From Patescibacteria group bacterium (lineage in GTDB: Bacteria; Patescibacteriota; Patescibacteriia; JAXHNJ01), in assembly GCA_034520665.1 (NCBI GenBank), contig JAXHNJ010000001.1, positions 386,579-450,578 of the forward strand: a stretch of DNA of 64,000 nucleotides, written 5' to 3'. Under the pieces are notes generated by a model that was given only the letters and a program-made list of their open reading frames with translations, did not search any database and had not been told where the DNA came from. A program made the position numbers and the translations under genes. Every line of letters starts with the position of its first letter. Position 1 is the stretch's first letter. Positions 50,051-58,316 of the stretch are shown here, in pieces.

Positions 50051-50243
50051 TCACATCACCTCTTTTTCTGCTAGTCTTAAAATTAAAAAGAACTGGTATA
50101 AACATAAAGATAAGACATTCAGATATTTTGTCAAAGGGGCTTTTTCCACAACCAATTTTTAACTAATATTAGTTAATAAAAAATAATTTCTTTTTGATTA
50201 TTTCTTTTTTGGTTAAATATAAATAAAGCAATAGAACAAAAAG

Positions 50244-50271
50244 AAAAAGGGCTTCTCAAAAAGAGAAGCCC
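50244..50271 (-). terminator. Intrinsic terminator of the small membrane protein gene
   Basis: GGGCTTCTC/GAGAAGCCC stem (50249-50271) plus T run on the minus strand. Confidence 0.8.
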
Positions 50272-50277
50272 ATTGAA

Positions 50278-50448
50278 TTACTTCGGAAGTAATGAAGTAA
50301 GATTTAACACACCATAGAGAAAAGCACCGAGTCCGGCAAACAATATCAAAGCATCCATGAACATAAAGTTCATTTTCTTTGAAGCGGGCATTAAGACAAA
50401 TAAAACGAGAAATGCGCCGAGACCAGTAGCTAGAAAATAATTAAGCAT
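50278..50448 (-). CDS. Unannotated 56-aa two-TM small membrane protein
   Basis: MLNYFLATGLGAFLVLFVLMPASKKMNFMFMDALILFAGLGAFLYGVLNLTSLLPK; flanked by promoter TTGACA-17-TATATT, SD AAGGA and terminator. Confidence 0.7.
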   Translation of the reverse strand: MLNYFLATGLGAFLVLFVLMPASKKMNFMFMDALILFAGLGAFLYGVLNLTSLLPK

Positions 50449-50678
50449 GGCCTTGTTTCCTTATATTAATGATTAGGCCATTTTGAGGTGTGTTTAAAGG
50501 TGCAAATAATTATTAAAGGTACCAAGCATTTAAATATACAGACTTGATTTTATAATGTCAAATTTTTACTTTATTAATTTAACAAAAAAACACTAAAAAA
50601 AATAATTTTAATTAAAAATAAATATGCTAAAAAACTGCCTGTATTTTTTATTCACAGGCTTTTGACTAGTTCGAGTAT

Positions 50679-51596
50679 TTATTTTTGGCTAGTTTTGTAA
50701 AACATTATATATTCATTATCAGACAAAGAGATAACCGAAGGATCAGCGGTTAAAGAATAAAGTGAAGACTGAAAAGATTTATTCAGTTTATTAAATGAGA
50801 AACCATCCGGAGAAGTAGCTATTTGGATTCCACCGGTATAAAGGTAAAAAGTATCACCATCTTTAATAACTTCTGGTATAGCCTGGCCCTGATAAACTTG
50901 TGAGTAAAAGTTAAAGTCTAAACCATTATTTGAAGTAGCCAAAATAACAGCCTCGCCTTGAGCGTCTCCACAATACATATAAAAAGAATTACCAACTTTG
51001 ATTACAGAAGGATCAAAAACACCTTCATACTCAAACCTGACTCCTTCTTCCTGTGTAAAATTAATCCCATCATCAGAAATGGCTGAATATATTTTATTTT
51101 TGTAACCAGTACCAATGGCTTCTGGGCCTCTGGCCGAGAACATGTCCAGATAATAAAGTCTGATGCGTCCGTCATCTAAAACCACAGGCGAAGGGTCTAC
51201 TGGTACCTTATTGCCCAATCCAGTGTAATTAACAGTTTGCCTAGCTGTCCAGTTTTGACCTTCATCTTGAGAGATTAAAACACCGGTTTGTTCAGGCAGG
51301 CCGTCTTGAGCAACATCAACAAAATATAAATATATCTTATCCTCTTTATAAATAGCGTCTGGCACCGAAGCGTGCTCGACCAGAATTTCTCCCTGGTCCT
51401 GCCAGTCGATTAGATTAGAGCTGGTAGCCAAGGAAATTTTATCATGATAAGGACCTTTATCCATTTGAGACCAGTTATATTGACTAGTGGTTTTAGTCTC
51501 ACTTATTTTAGGTCCGGAATTTACATTAGATTGAGAATTTGTGCATCCAGCTAAAGAAATTATAAGGATGACTAGAGGTAGAATAATTTTTTTCAT
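50679..51596 (-). CDS. Lipoprotein with five-bladed beta-propeller (GH32/GH43-like) fold
   Basis: Lipobox LAGC; repeated DPSxxx and SxDGxxF blade motifs. Confidence 0.7.
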   Translation of the reverse strand: MKKIILPLVILIISLAGCTNSQSNVNSGPKISETKTTSQYNWSQMDKGPYHDKISLATSSNLIDWQDQGEILVEHASVPDAIYKEDKIYLYFVDVAQDGLPEQTGVLISQDEGQNWTARQTVNYTGLGNKVPVDPSPVVLDDGRIRLYYLDMFSARGPEAIGTGYKNKIYSAISDDGINFTQEEGVRFEYEGVFDPSVIKVGNSFYMYCGDAQGEAVILATSNNGLDFNFYSQVYQGQAIPEVIKDGDTFYLYTGGIQIATSPDGFSFNKLNKSFQSSLYSLTADPSVISLSDNEYIMFYKTSQK

Positions 51597-51611
51597 TATT
51601 TTTATTTAATA

Positions 51612-51917
51612 CTAATATTCAATAATATTACTCTCATCCGGCACTGGTTCATCAACCGGCACCACTTCATCAATTACTCTATTATCCTGCCAACCCTGAA
51701 CTTGACCCTGGTTAGTATTTTCATTTATATCAGTAATAGTCTCAAGCCTGTCTTCGGCTTCTTCAGCCACATCCTTGGCTTTATTAATCAGATCAGAGTT
51801 ATTAGCCTCGTTAATCACCTTCCCGCCCTCTTCTTTAACTTTTTCGGCCCTTTGGGAACAAGCCGATAAGGTAAAAACTAAACCTAGAATAAATAAAAAT
51901 GTGATTATTTTTTTCAT
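51612..51917 (-). CDS. Small acidic lipoprotein
   Basis: Lipobox LSAC after hydrophobic signal. Confidence 0.7.
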   Translation of the reverse strand: MKKIITFLFILGLVFTLSACSQRAEKVKEEGGKVINEANNSDLINKAKDVAEEAEDRLETITDINENTNQGQVQGWQDNRVIDEVVPVDEPVPDESNIIEY

Positions 51918-51978
51918 AAATTTTTAAAATATTATATCTCTCTTAATTATAAACTATAAGGAGATAAAAGCAAAAATA

Positions 51979-52392
51979 TTAAAAATGCTTATTATAGTAA
52001 TTTATAAATTGACTGGGCTTTAAAATTCTAGTTTTATCAAATTCTTTGAATTTTAAAAGATGATGATCACTAGAAACCACAAAATCGGCTTGGGTAGCTT
52101 TAGCCAGTCCCAAAAAAATATTATCTGAAGGATCCTCTTTTATAAGATTAATTCTTGGCGTTCTAATAATTTTATTTTTATTATTATAAATTTTATCAAT
52201 AGATTTATAAAAGCTTTGACGGGCGTGAATATTCCTTAAAATTATATTTAGCTCATTTCTCATCTTGTTATTCCAAAAAGTTTTAATTTTTTCTTTTGAA
52301 GCTAATTTTAAAACGCGGGCTGAATTTGACTGCTTTTTAAAATAAGCCGAGATAATAATATTGGTGTCTAAAATAACTTTTAATTGTTCCAT
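51979..52392 (-). CDS. PIN-domain protein (putative TA toxin family, TIGR00305-like)
   Basis: VILDTNII, EDPSDNIF, VSSDHHLL. Confidence 0.88.
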   Translation of the reverse strand: MEQLKVILDTNIIISAYFKKQSNSARVLKLASKEKIKTFWNNKMRNELNIILRNIHARQSFYKSIDKIYNNKNKIIRTPRINLIKEDPSDNIFLGLAKATQADFVVSSDHHLLKFKEFDKTRILKPSQFINYYNKHF

Positions 52393-52397
52393 AAATA

Positions 52398-53210
52398 TTA
52401 GGGTTTTTTATTTTGCAAAAATTTAATAACTGAGCCGGTAGACTTATAACCCGAAGGCGGATACCACTGAGCTTCTTTAATTAAAGGATGATCTTTATGT
52501 TTTGAGTAAATATATTCTTCGGCCTTTTCCCAGCGCTTAATTTCTTCTTTTACATTTGTAAAATCCAGAGTTTGTTCATAGTCAACCAAGGCTCTATTTA
52601 AATAGATAAAACCATCCGGGTATTTTTTAGAAATTCTTAAAGTGTATTCAAAATCCTCCCAAAAGGTTAGTTTTTCCTCCCAATCCCCTACTTTCTTAAT
52701 AATTTCTTTTTTATGAATAAAAGTATTGGTGTCTATGATAATTTTTCGCTGCCAAAGACGTTTTAAATCAAAATATTTTTTATGATTAAAAAACTCATCA
52801 CGCACCATTTTAACCTCTTTATCTTTTTCTTTGAGTTTAAGACGGTAATTTTTCTTACAAAAAAACAAAACTTTATCTGGATATTTATTGACTGCTTTTT
52901 TCATAGATTCTAAAAAATCCTGATGCCAGCGGTTATCTGAATCAATATAAGCAATATATTGGCCTCTGGCTTTTTTCAGGCCCTGGTTACGCGCAGCCGG
53001 AGCGCCTTGATTTTTCTTTAATTTAATATATTTTATCCGAGGATCAGAAAAAGTTTTGACTAGTTTTTCTGTTTGGTCTTTTGAGCTGTCATCAATAATA
53101 ATCAATTCAAAAAAAGGATAGGTTTGCCTCAACACCGAAAGAACCGCTCGCCAGAGAATATAACAGCGGTTATAGGTCGGTAAAATTACAGAAAATAAAG
53201 GTTTATACAT
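52398..53210 (-). CDS. Glycosyltransferase family 2
   Basis: SVILPTYNR, IDDSSKD, ARNQG, YIDSD, WEDFE. Confidence 0.9.
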   Translation of the reverse strand: MYKPLFSVILPTYNRCYILWRAVLSVLRQTYPFFELIIIDDSSKDQTEKLVKTFSDPRIKYIKLKKNQGAPAARNQGLKKARGQYIAYIDSDNRWHQDFLESMKKAVNKYPDKVLFFCKKNYRLKLKEKDKEVKMVRDEFFNHKKYFDLKRLWQRKIIIDTNTFIHKKEIIKKVGDWEEKLTFWEDFEYTLRISKKYPDGFIYLNRALVDYEQTLDFTNVKEEIKRWEKAEEYIYSKHKDHPLIKEAQWYPPSGYKSTGSVIKFLQNKKP

Positions 53211-53215
53211 AAAGA

Positions 53216-53833
53216 CTAATCAGTAAAAGTCATTTTTTTATAAATAGCCCGAGTCACTTCAACATCAGCCTGGCAGTATTTATAAATTTCTTTGAGCTTG
53301 CCTTTTTTATAAAAATCATAGACCTTAGAGCCATCCAGATCGCCGGATTTTGAAGAGGGTAAATCCAGTATTTTAGCCAGCATATCCAGACTAATGGAAG
53401 AAGACATATTCCATTTTTCCCATTCGCGCATAGTGTCATAAATAGGGTTGTTACGATAACGAGCGAAATTAAGCCATTGAGAGGGTCTGACCCGGTTTAT
53501 AATTGACCTTTTATAAATAAATTGTAAATCAAAATCCATAACATTATGGCCAATAAATTGCTGCACTCCTCTTGATAATTGCCAAAATTTGGTAAGAATT
53601 TCTTTTTCTGGACCGGTTAAAACAGCTGGTTTTTCCATATTCGGCTCTTTAAGATAACCGATGCATAAAATACGGCCGTACGAGCCGTTAAGGGCGGTTT
53701 TACGATAAACATCCTCTTTTTTATAAGGTTTTTTCTTTTTAAGTTCATGCTTAGCCTGGATATCTTTTTCTAGGGTAGGCCAAAGTTTGGGATCAGCCGG
53801 TATAGTTTCAATGTCAAGAAATAGTTTGCTCAT
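53216..53833 (-). CDS. PolB-related 3'-5' exonuclease (DEDDy, RNase H-like)
   Basis: FLDIET, GHNVMDFDL, SLDMLA, YCQADV. Confidence 0.85.
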   Translation of the reverse strand: MSKLFLDIETIPADPKLWPTLEKDIQAKHELKKKKPYKKEDVYRKTALNGSYGRILCIGYLKEPNMEKPAVLTGPEKEILTKFWQLSRGVQQFIGHNVMDFDLQFIYKRSIINRVRPSQWLNFARYRNNPIYDTMREWEKWNMSSSISLDMLAKILDLPSSKSGDLDGSKVYDFYKKGKLKEIYKYCQADVEVTRAIYKKMTFTD

Positions 53834-53927
53834 AAAATTTAAGGTTAATTTTTCTTTATTATAACATAATTAAATTTAAAAAAATAATTTTTTTTGGCTA
53901 AAAGGACGAGTGTGCTATAATAATAGT

Positions 53928-55169
53928 ATGAATTCTATACAAGATTATTTTCGTTTTTGTAATAAAAAAACCAAGTCAGAAATTTTAAAATTGGCTGATC
54001 AGCTAGAGGATGAACATATTGTCATGATTAACTCCACTCCTTCTGGCGGTGGAGTGGCGGAAATTCTAAACAGCCTGGTTTTATTGTTAAACGATTTGGG
54101 ACTGGATGTTGGCTGGCGTATTTTAAAAGGTTCGGATGATTTTTTTCAGGTGACTAAAGAATTTCATAACGGACTCCAGGGAGAAAAAGTATCTATAAAC
54201 CGAAGAAAAAAAGGGCTTTATGAAAATACCAATTGTATTAACGCCCGTTCCACTCATATTGAAAGACATGATCTGGTAGTGGTTCATGATCCCCAGCCTC
54301 TGGCCTTGATCGAATATTATAAAAAAAGAATCCCCTGGATTTTACGGTTGCATATTGATTTATCCAATCCAGATCAAAAAGTGCTTGAATACCTTAAATC
54401 TTATATTGAGCAGTACGACTCAGTTATAATTTCTCACAAAAAATATAAATTAAAAAACCTGGCTGTCCAGCAGCTAATTATGCCGCCCTCAATCGATCCG
54501 CTCAATATGAAAAACCGTCCTATGAGTAACGATTCCATGATCGGAATATTAAAAAAGCATGGAATTACCTTACACAAACCAATTATTGCCCAGATTTCAA
54601 GGTTTGATAAGTGGAAAGATCCGATTGGCGTGATTAAGGTCTTTGAAAAAATACAAAAAGAATATGACTGCCAGCTAGTACTTTTAGGCAATCTTTCTAT
54701 TGACGATCCAGAAGCGCCTGAGATACTAAGAAAAGTACGGCAAAGAGCCCGAAATAATAAAGATATAACTATACTTTTAAATGTGGAAGATAATGACCGC
54801 ATGGTCAACGCTTTGCAGTCAGTTTCAGAAGTAGTTTTACAAAAGTCATTGAAAGAAGGTTTTGCTTTAACAGTCTCCGAAGCTATGTGGAAAGGTACCC
54901 CAGTGGTTGGTAGCCGAGTCGGCGGCATACCCCTGCAAATAAAAGACGGCCAAACAGGCTTTTTAGTTAATAATATTTCTCAAGCTAGCCAGGCCTGTTT
55001 AAAAATTATAACCAATAAAAAAAGACGTAACCGTATGGGCCGAGCCGCTAAAAAAAGAGTTAGAAATAATTTTCTTATTACCCGCCATATTCTTGATTAC
55101 TTAAGGCTTTTTGATTTTTATCTTAATCAAAATCACCAGTATAATATTGGCCAGAAATACCCTTATTAA
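53928..55169 (+). CDS. treT: Trehalose synthase TreT-like GT4 glycosyltransferase
   Basis: INSTPSGGGVAEIL, FHNGLQG, HDPQP, PSIDPL, SRFDKWKDP, QKSLKEGFALTVSEAMWK; ATG 53928 follows TGnTATAAT (ORF track GTG 53910). Confidence 0.85.
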   Translation: MNSIQDYFRFCNKKTKSEILKLADQLEDEHIVMINSTPSGGGVAEILNSLVLLLNDLGLDVGWRILKGSDDFFQVTKEFHNGLQGEKVSINRRKKGLYENTNCINARSTHIERHDLVVVHDPQPLALIEYYKKRIPWILRLHIDLSNPDQKVLEYLKSYIEQYDSVIISHKKYKLKNLAVQQLIMPPSIDPLNMKNRPMSNDSMIGILKKHGITLHKPIIAQISRFDKWKDPIGVIKVFEKIQKEYDCQLVLLGNLSIDDPEAPEILRKVRQRARNNKDITILLNVEDNDRMVNALQSVSEVVLQKSLKEGFALTVSEAMWKGTPVVGSRVGGIPLQIKDGQTGFLVNNISQASQACLKIITNKKRRNRMGRAAKKRVRNNFLITRHILDYLRLFDFYLNQNHQYNIGQKYPY

Positions 55170-55177
55170 TATAAACT

Positions 55178-55213
55178 AAAAAAACCGCTTTAAATTATTT
55201 AAGGCGGTTTTTT
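55178..55213. terminator. Bidirectional intrinsic terminator
   Basis: A run-ACCGCTTT/AAGGCGGT-T run between convergent genes. Confidence 0.8.
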
Positions 55214-55226
55214 AATATATTACAAC

Positions 55227-55529
55227 TTACTCTTTTTCTGATTTTATTTTTTTGATTATTTTCTTAATATTTCCAATAAATTTATCAGTCATTGATTGGC
55301 GACCAGACGAGCTCATATACTGGGTAATTCTCTTAAAAGTGCTTTGTTCGTATTCAATAAGACCAGCCGCTTTTTTTATATATTGGGCTTTGTCAAAATA
55401 AAACTTGGCAATTTTTTTCGAAGGTTTAGTTAATAAATTTTCCCCTTTAAATTCTTTTTCCTCCTTTTTTTTGTCTTCCTTACCCCTCGGTGATTGGCTT
55501 TTTTTTGTCTTCTTTTTCTTTTGTTTCAT
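55227..55529 (-). CDS. Lys-rich hypothetical protein, co-transcribed with mscS
   Basis: ATG 4 nt after the mscS stop (MKQKKKK...); 100 aa. Confidence 0.55.
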   Translation of the reverse strand: MKQKKKKTKKSQSPRGKEDKKKEEKEFKGENLLTKPSKKIAKFYFDKAQYIKKAAGLIEYEQSTFKRITQYMSSSGRQSMTDKFIGNIKKIIKKIKSEKE

Positions 55530-55533
55530 AAAT

Positions 55534-56580
55534 TTAATTTTTGGTAAATATTGTTTGCGTGGGATAAGCAAAGGAAATTCCTTCGTTTTCAAAAACTTCC
55601 TTGATAGCAAAATGAATTTTTTGGTTTAAGTCCATATAATCATTATAGTCTTGTGACTCAACATAATAAACCGCTTCAATCCCCAAACTAGAATCATTAA
55701 AACTTTTAAAATGAGCCCGGTCATAACGCACCCGGTCGGTTTTGTCTATAATTTCTTTAATCAAATGAGGTATTTTTTTCAGCTTCTCAAAGGGGGTTTG
55801 GTAAGTGACCCCGAGATTTAAAACAATTCTTCTCTCTTTCATTCTTTTAAAATTCTGAATACGAGTGGAAGTTAACTCTTGGTTAGAAATAACTATTTCT
55901 TCGCCCTGCAGGGCTCGAATACGAGAGGTTTTAATACCGATCTTCTCGACTACACCCATATGCTTGCCAACCACAATAAAGTCACCAATGACAAAGGGCT
56001 TGTCAAAACGAATAGCAAAAGAAGAGAAAAGATCTGAAAGAATATTCTGTAAAGCCAAACCAATAGCTAAACCACCAATACCCAAACCAGCAACTAAAGA
56101 GGTTATATTAACTCCTAAGTTTGATAAAACTAATAACAAGCCAAAACTCCAAACAATTATCTTGGCTATCACACTAACCGTATTAACCGCTTGTTTTTTG
56201 CCGGGATCTTCTTCCTGGCCATATTTTCTTTTAGCTATGTAGTTAATTAATATCTGAATAGCTACCGCGACCTGGTAAACTAAAATAGCAATTAAAAGGG
56301 CGTTTAAAATATTCTGAAAAATACCGCTTTTATTTAAATAAAGAGCGGCTAAATAAAGACTAAAATAAAGATAAAAAGGCGGTTTGATATGTTCAATAAT
56401 CTCAATCAGCATATCATCAATATCAGTTTTTGACTTCTGAGCCAGTTTTTTCAGACGGTGAAGCAATAGAGCCTGAAATATCTTAAAAAAGACTAATAAA
56501 ACAAAAAAGAGGCCGATAAAAATCAGGTAATTTTGGATAGTATTGCCCCAATACTCAGTCGATAAAAAAGATGTGTCCAT
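55534..56580 (-). CDS. mscS: Small-conductance mechanosensitive channel (MscS family)
   Basis: SLVAGLGIGGLAIGLALQ, DKPFVIGDFI, GVVEKIGIKTS, ISFAYPT. Confidence 0.93.
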   Translation of the reverse strand: MDTSFLSTEYWGNTIQNYLIFIGLFFVLLVFFKIFQALLLHRLKKLAQKSKTDIDDMLIEIIEHIKPPFYLYFSLYLAALYLNKSGIFQNILNALLIAILVYQVAVAIQILINYIAKRKYGQEEDPGKKQAVNTVSVIAKIIVWSFGLLLVLSNLGVNITSLVAGLGIGGLAIGLALQNILSDLFSSFAIRFDKPFVIGDFIVVGKHMGVVEKIGIKTSRIRALQGEEIVISNQELTSTRIQNFKRMKERRIVLNLGVTYQTPFEKLKKIPHLIKEIIDKTDRVRYDRAHFKSFNDSSLGIEAVYYVESQDYNDYMDLNQKIHFAIKEVFENEGISFAYPTQTIFTKN

Positions 56581-56730
56581 AAGTTTTTATTTAGTTAATA
56601 TTGAGTATAGCTTAAATTGGCCAAAAAATCAAATAGTTTATGGTTTTAGGGGTGTAGCGGTTAGTTTGGTTGTAGTTTTGGGTTTTTGGTGTATTTTAGC
56701 ATTTATGGTAATGACAAAGATTAAAATCCC

Positions 56731-56978
56731 ATATTTTATAAGCGTCTATCGGTGTACGGTTACCGAAGCCCGTATGGTTATACGGTATCGGTTTAGGTCG
56801 GATTTTATCTATTTTTAAACTTTGTCCAAGCCGAAAATAAATTGTATAATTGACGAGCGATTTTGTTATAAATATTCAAATAAATTCCAAAAATCAAAGC
56901 AAATATTTTATAAGCGTCTATCGGTATACGGTTACCGAAGCCCGTATCGTAATACGGTATCGGTTTACGTCGGATTTT
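56731..56978. repeat. Two 76-bp imperfect direct repeats (56731-56806, 56903-56978) with internal palindromes
   Basis: 72/76 identical; each contains TCGGTR-N6-TACCGA and CCGTAT-N4-ATACGG. Confidence 0.9.
56822..56850 (+). promoter_or_regulatory. sigma70-like promoter between the 76-bp repeats
   Basis: TTGTCC-17-TATAAT with no plausible downstream + strand CDS. Confidence 0.55.
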
Positions 56979-57092
56979 TCCAAAACCAAAAAACTATAAC
57001 TTTACTCCTGCCCGGCTTTAGCAAAAGCGGCTATAACTAAATCCGATAGCAAAAAACAAATAAATAAGGATTACCAATTTAAATTAAAAAAT

Positions 57093-57638
57093 TTATGGCT
57101 TCTTTTTAGCTGTTTTTTTGGATTTCTTTTTAGTCAGTTTCTTGGTTTTTTTCTTTGGGGCTGGCTTTTTTGTCTTAACTTTCTTGGCTTGAGATTTTTT
57201 CTTGACCACTGGCTGTTCCAAGATACTGATAACCTTATCCAATTTGTAGCCTAAGGATTTTAATTGCTCAGCTAGCTGCTTATTGCCGGCTCCATCGCGG
57301 TTTCTCCGGTCACTTCGGCCACGCCAGCTTTTATTGCCTCGCCGATCGCCTGACCGGCCTTCTTTGGCAAAACAGTCATTACAGTAGATTGGTTTGCCAC
57401 TGGTCGGCCGAAAAGGCACTTGGCATTCCTGGCCGCATTGATCACAAACCGCTGAGAACATCGGCCGATCGCCTTTTCTAAAATCACGCCTTTTTGATCG
57501 GTTTGGTTGGTTTTCTTTTTGCTTCTCAAAGCAATGGCTGCATAAAACCGGCTTGCCACTGGTCGGCCGAAAAGGGACCTGGCAGGCCTGGCCACACTGA
57601 CTGCAGGTGGCTGGGAACATTTCTTTTTTAGAGTACAT
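57093..57638 (-). CDS. CxxC-x17-CxxC zinc-ribbon protein (two domains) with Lys-rich tail
   Basis: Two copies of MFxAxCxxCGxxCQVPFRPTSGKP(V/I)xCxxCF. Confidence 0.9.
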   Translation of the reverse strand: MYSKKEMFPATCSQCGQACQVPFRPTSGKPVLCSHCFEKQKENQPNRSKRRDFRKGDRPMFSAVCDQCGQECQVPFRPTSGKPIYCNDCFAKEGRSGDRRGNKSWRGRSDRRNRDGAGNKQLAEQLKSLGYKLDKVISILEQPVVKKKSQAKKVKTKKPAPKKKTKKLTKKKSKKTAKKKP

Positions 57639-57667
57639 ATAATTTTTTAGTTTAGTTTTAAGAATAT

Positions 57668-57859
57668 TTATAATATTTCTTTGACCCGGCCAACTTCTCC
57701 TGACTGGAGCCGAACCTTAATACCGTGCGGATGATAGGGCGAATTAGTTAAAATATCCTGAACCACCCCTGGGGTCAGCTTTCCGCTTAATTGATCTTTT
57801 TTCTTGACCATAGCCACGCGCTGGCCTACTCTGATATCCTCTCTATTATGGCTGTTCAT
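57668..57859 (-). CDS. YwbE family protein (DUF2196)
   Basis: KKDQxSGKLTxGxVxDILTNSxxHPHGIKVRLxxGxVGRV. Confidence 0.9.
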   Translation of the reverse strand: MNSHNREDIRVGQRVAMVKKKDQLSGKLTPGVVQDILTNSPYHPHGIKVRLQSGEVGRVKEIL

Positions 57860-57926
57860 AGGCTTATTATACTCCTTTTTTGAAAATAAAAAAACCCTTT
57901 CCTAATTCCACTTTTTTAGTCAAATC

Positions 57927-58162
57927 AAAAAACCCTTAAAAAAAGGGTTTCAATTTACTTCTTTTTATAGAGTCGGAACGAATCTATCCTTTTGGGCCGC
58001 TCAATGATTTGGGCCAGATAAACCTGACGTTTAACTCTTATTTTTAAGAAAAACTGATACTGTTTTGGTTTTTTATTTCCGCTGATCTTCGCGACGACAT
58101 TTTATAAACATGCTCGTCTGTATGACTTTTTTGAAGGGCGAATAAAACCAACAAATACTTGA
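57927..58162 (-). ncRNA. Putative ~235-nt structured non-coding RNA (or attenuated leader)
   Basis: Promoter TTGACA(58192-58197)-17-TAAGAT with extended TG; two long bulged hairpins; terminator AAACCCTT/AAGGGTTT + T run at 57927-57950; only 12- and 18-codon ATG ORFs noticed. Confidence 0.55.
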
Positions 58163-58316
58163 TTAAGTATCTTAGCAAACTTTATCAGTCTTGTCAAGAG
58201 AGATGAGTTTAGGGCTTAAAAAATGGTATTTTGTCTCATGTTTCTTCAATATAACTGATAACTACCGATAGAAGCTTTTTAATAAAAAAATAAAATCTAA
58301 AATAAGTTTTTCAATA

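Noticed and set aside
56731-56978. 76-bp repeat as a CRISPR array, tRNA, integron attC or group II intron domain V
   Set aside because: Only two long copies and no cas genes; no T-loop, CCA or cloverleaf; no RYYYAAC/GTTRRRY ends; AGC-CCGTAT hairpin lacks the D5 GNRA arm and there is no RT
56543-57040. ORFs 56543..56818 and 56822..57040
   Set aside because: TTG starts; they translate the same 76-bp repeat in different frames, and the second begins inside the promoter -35 box
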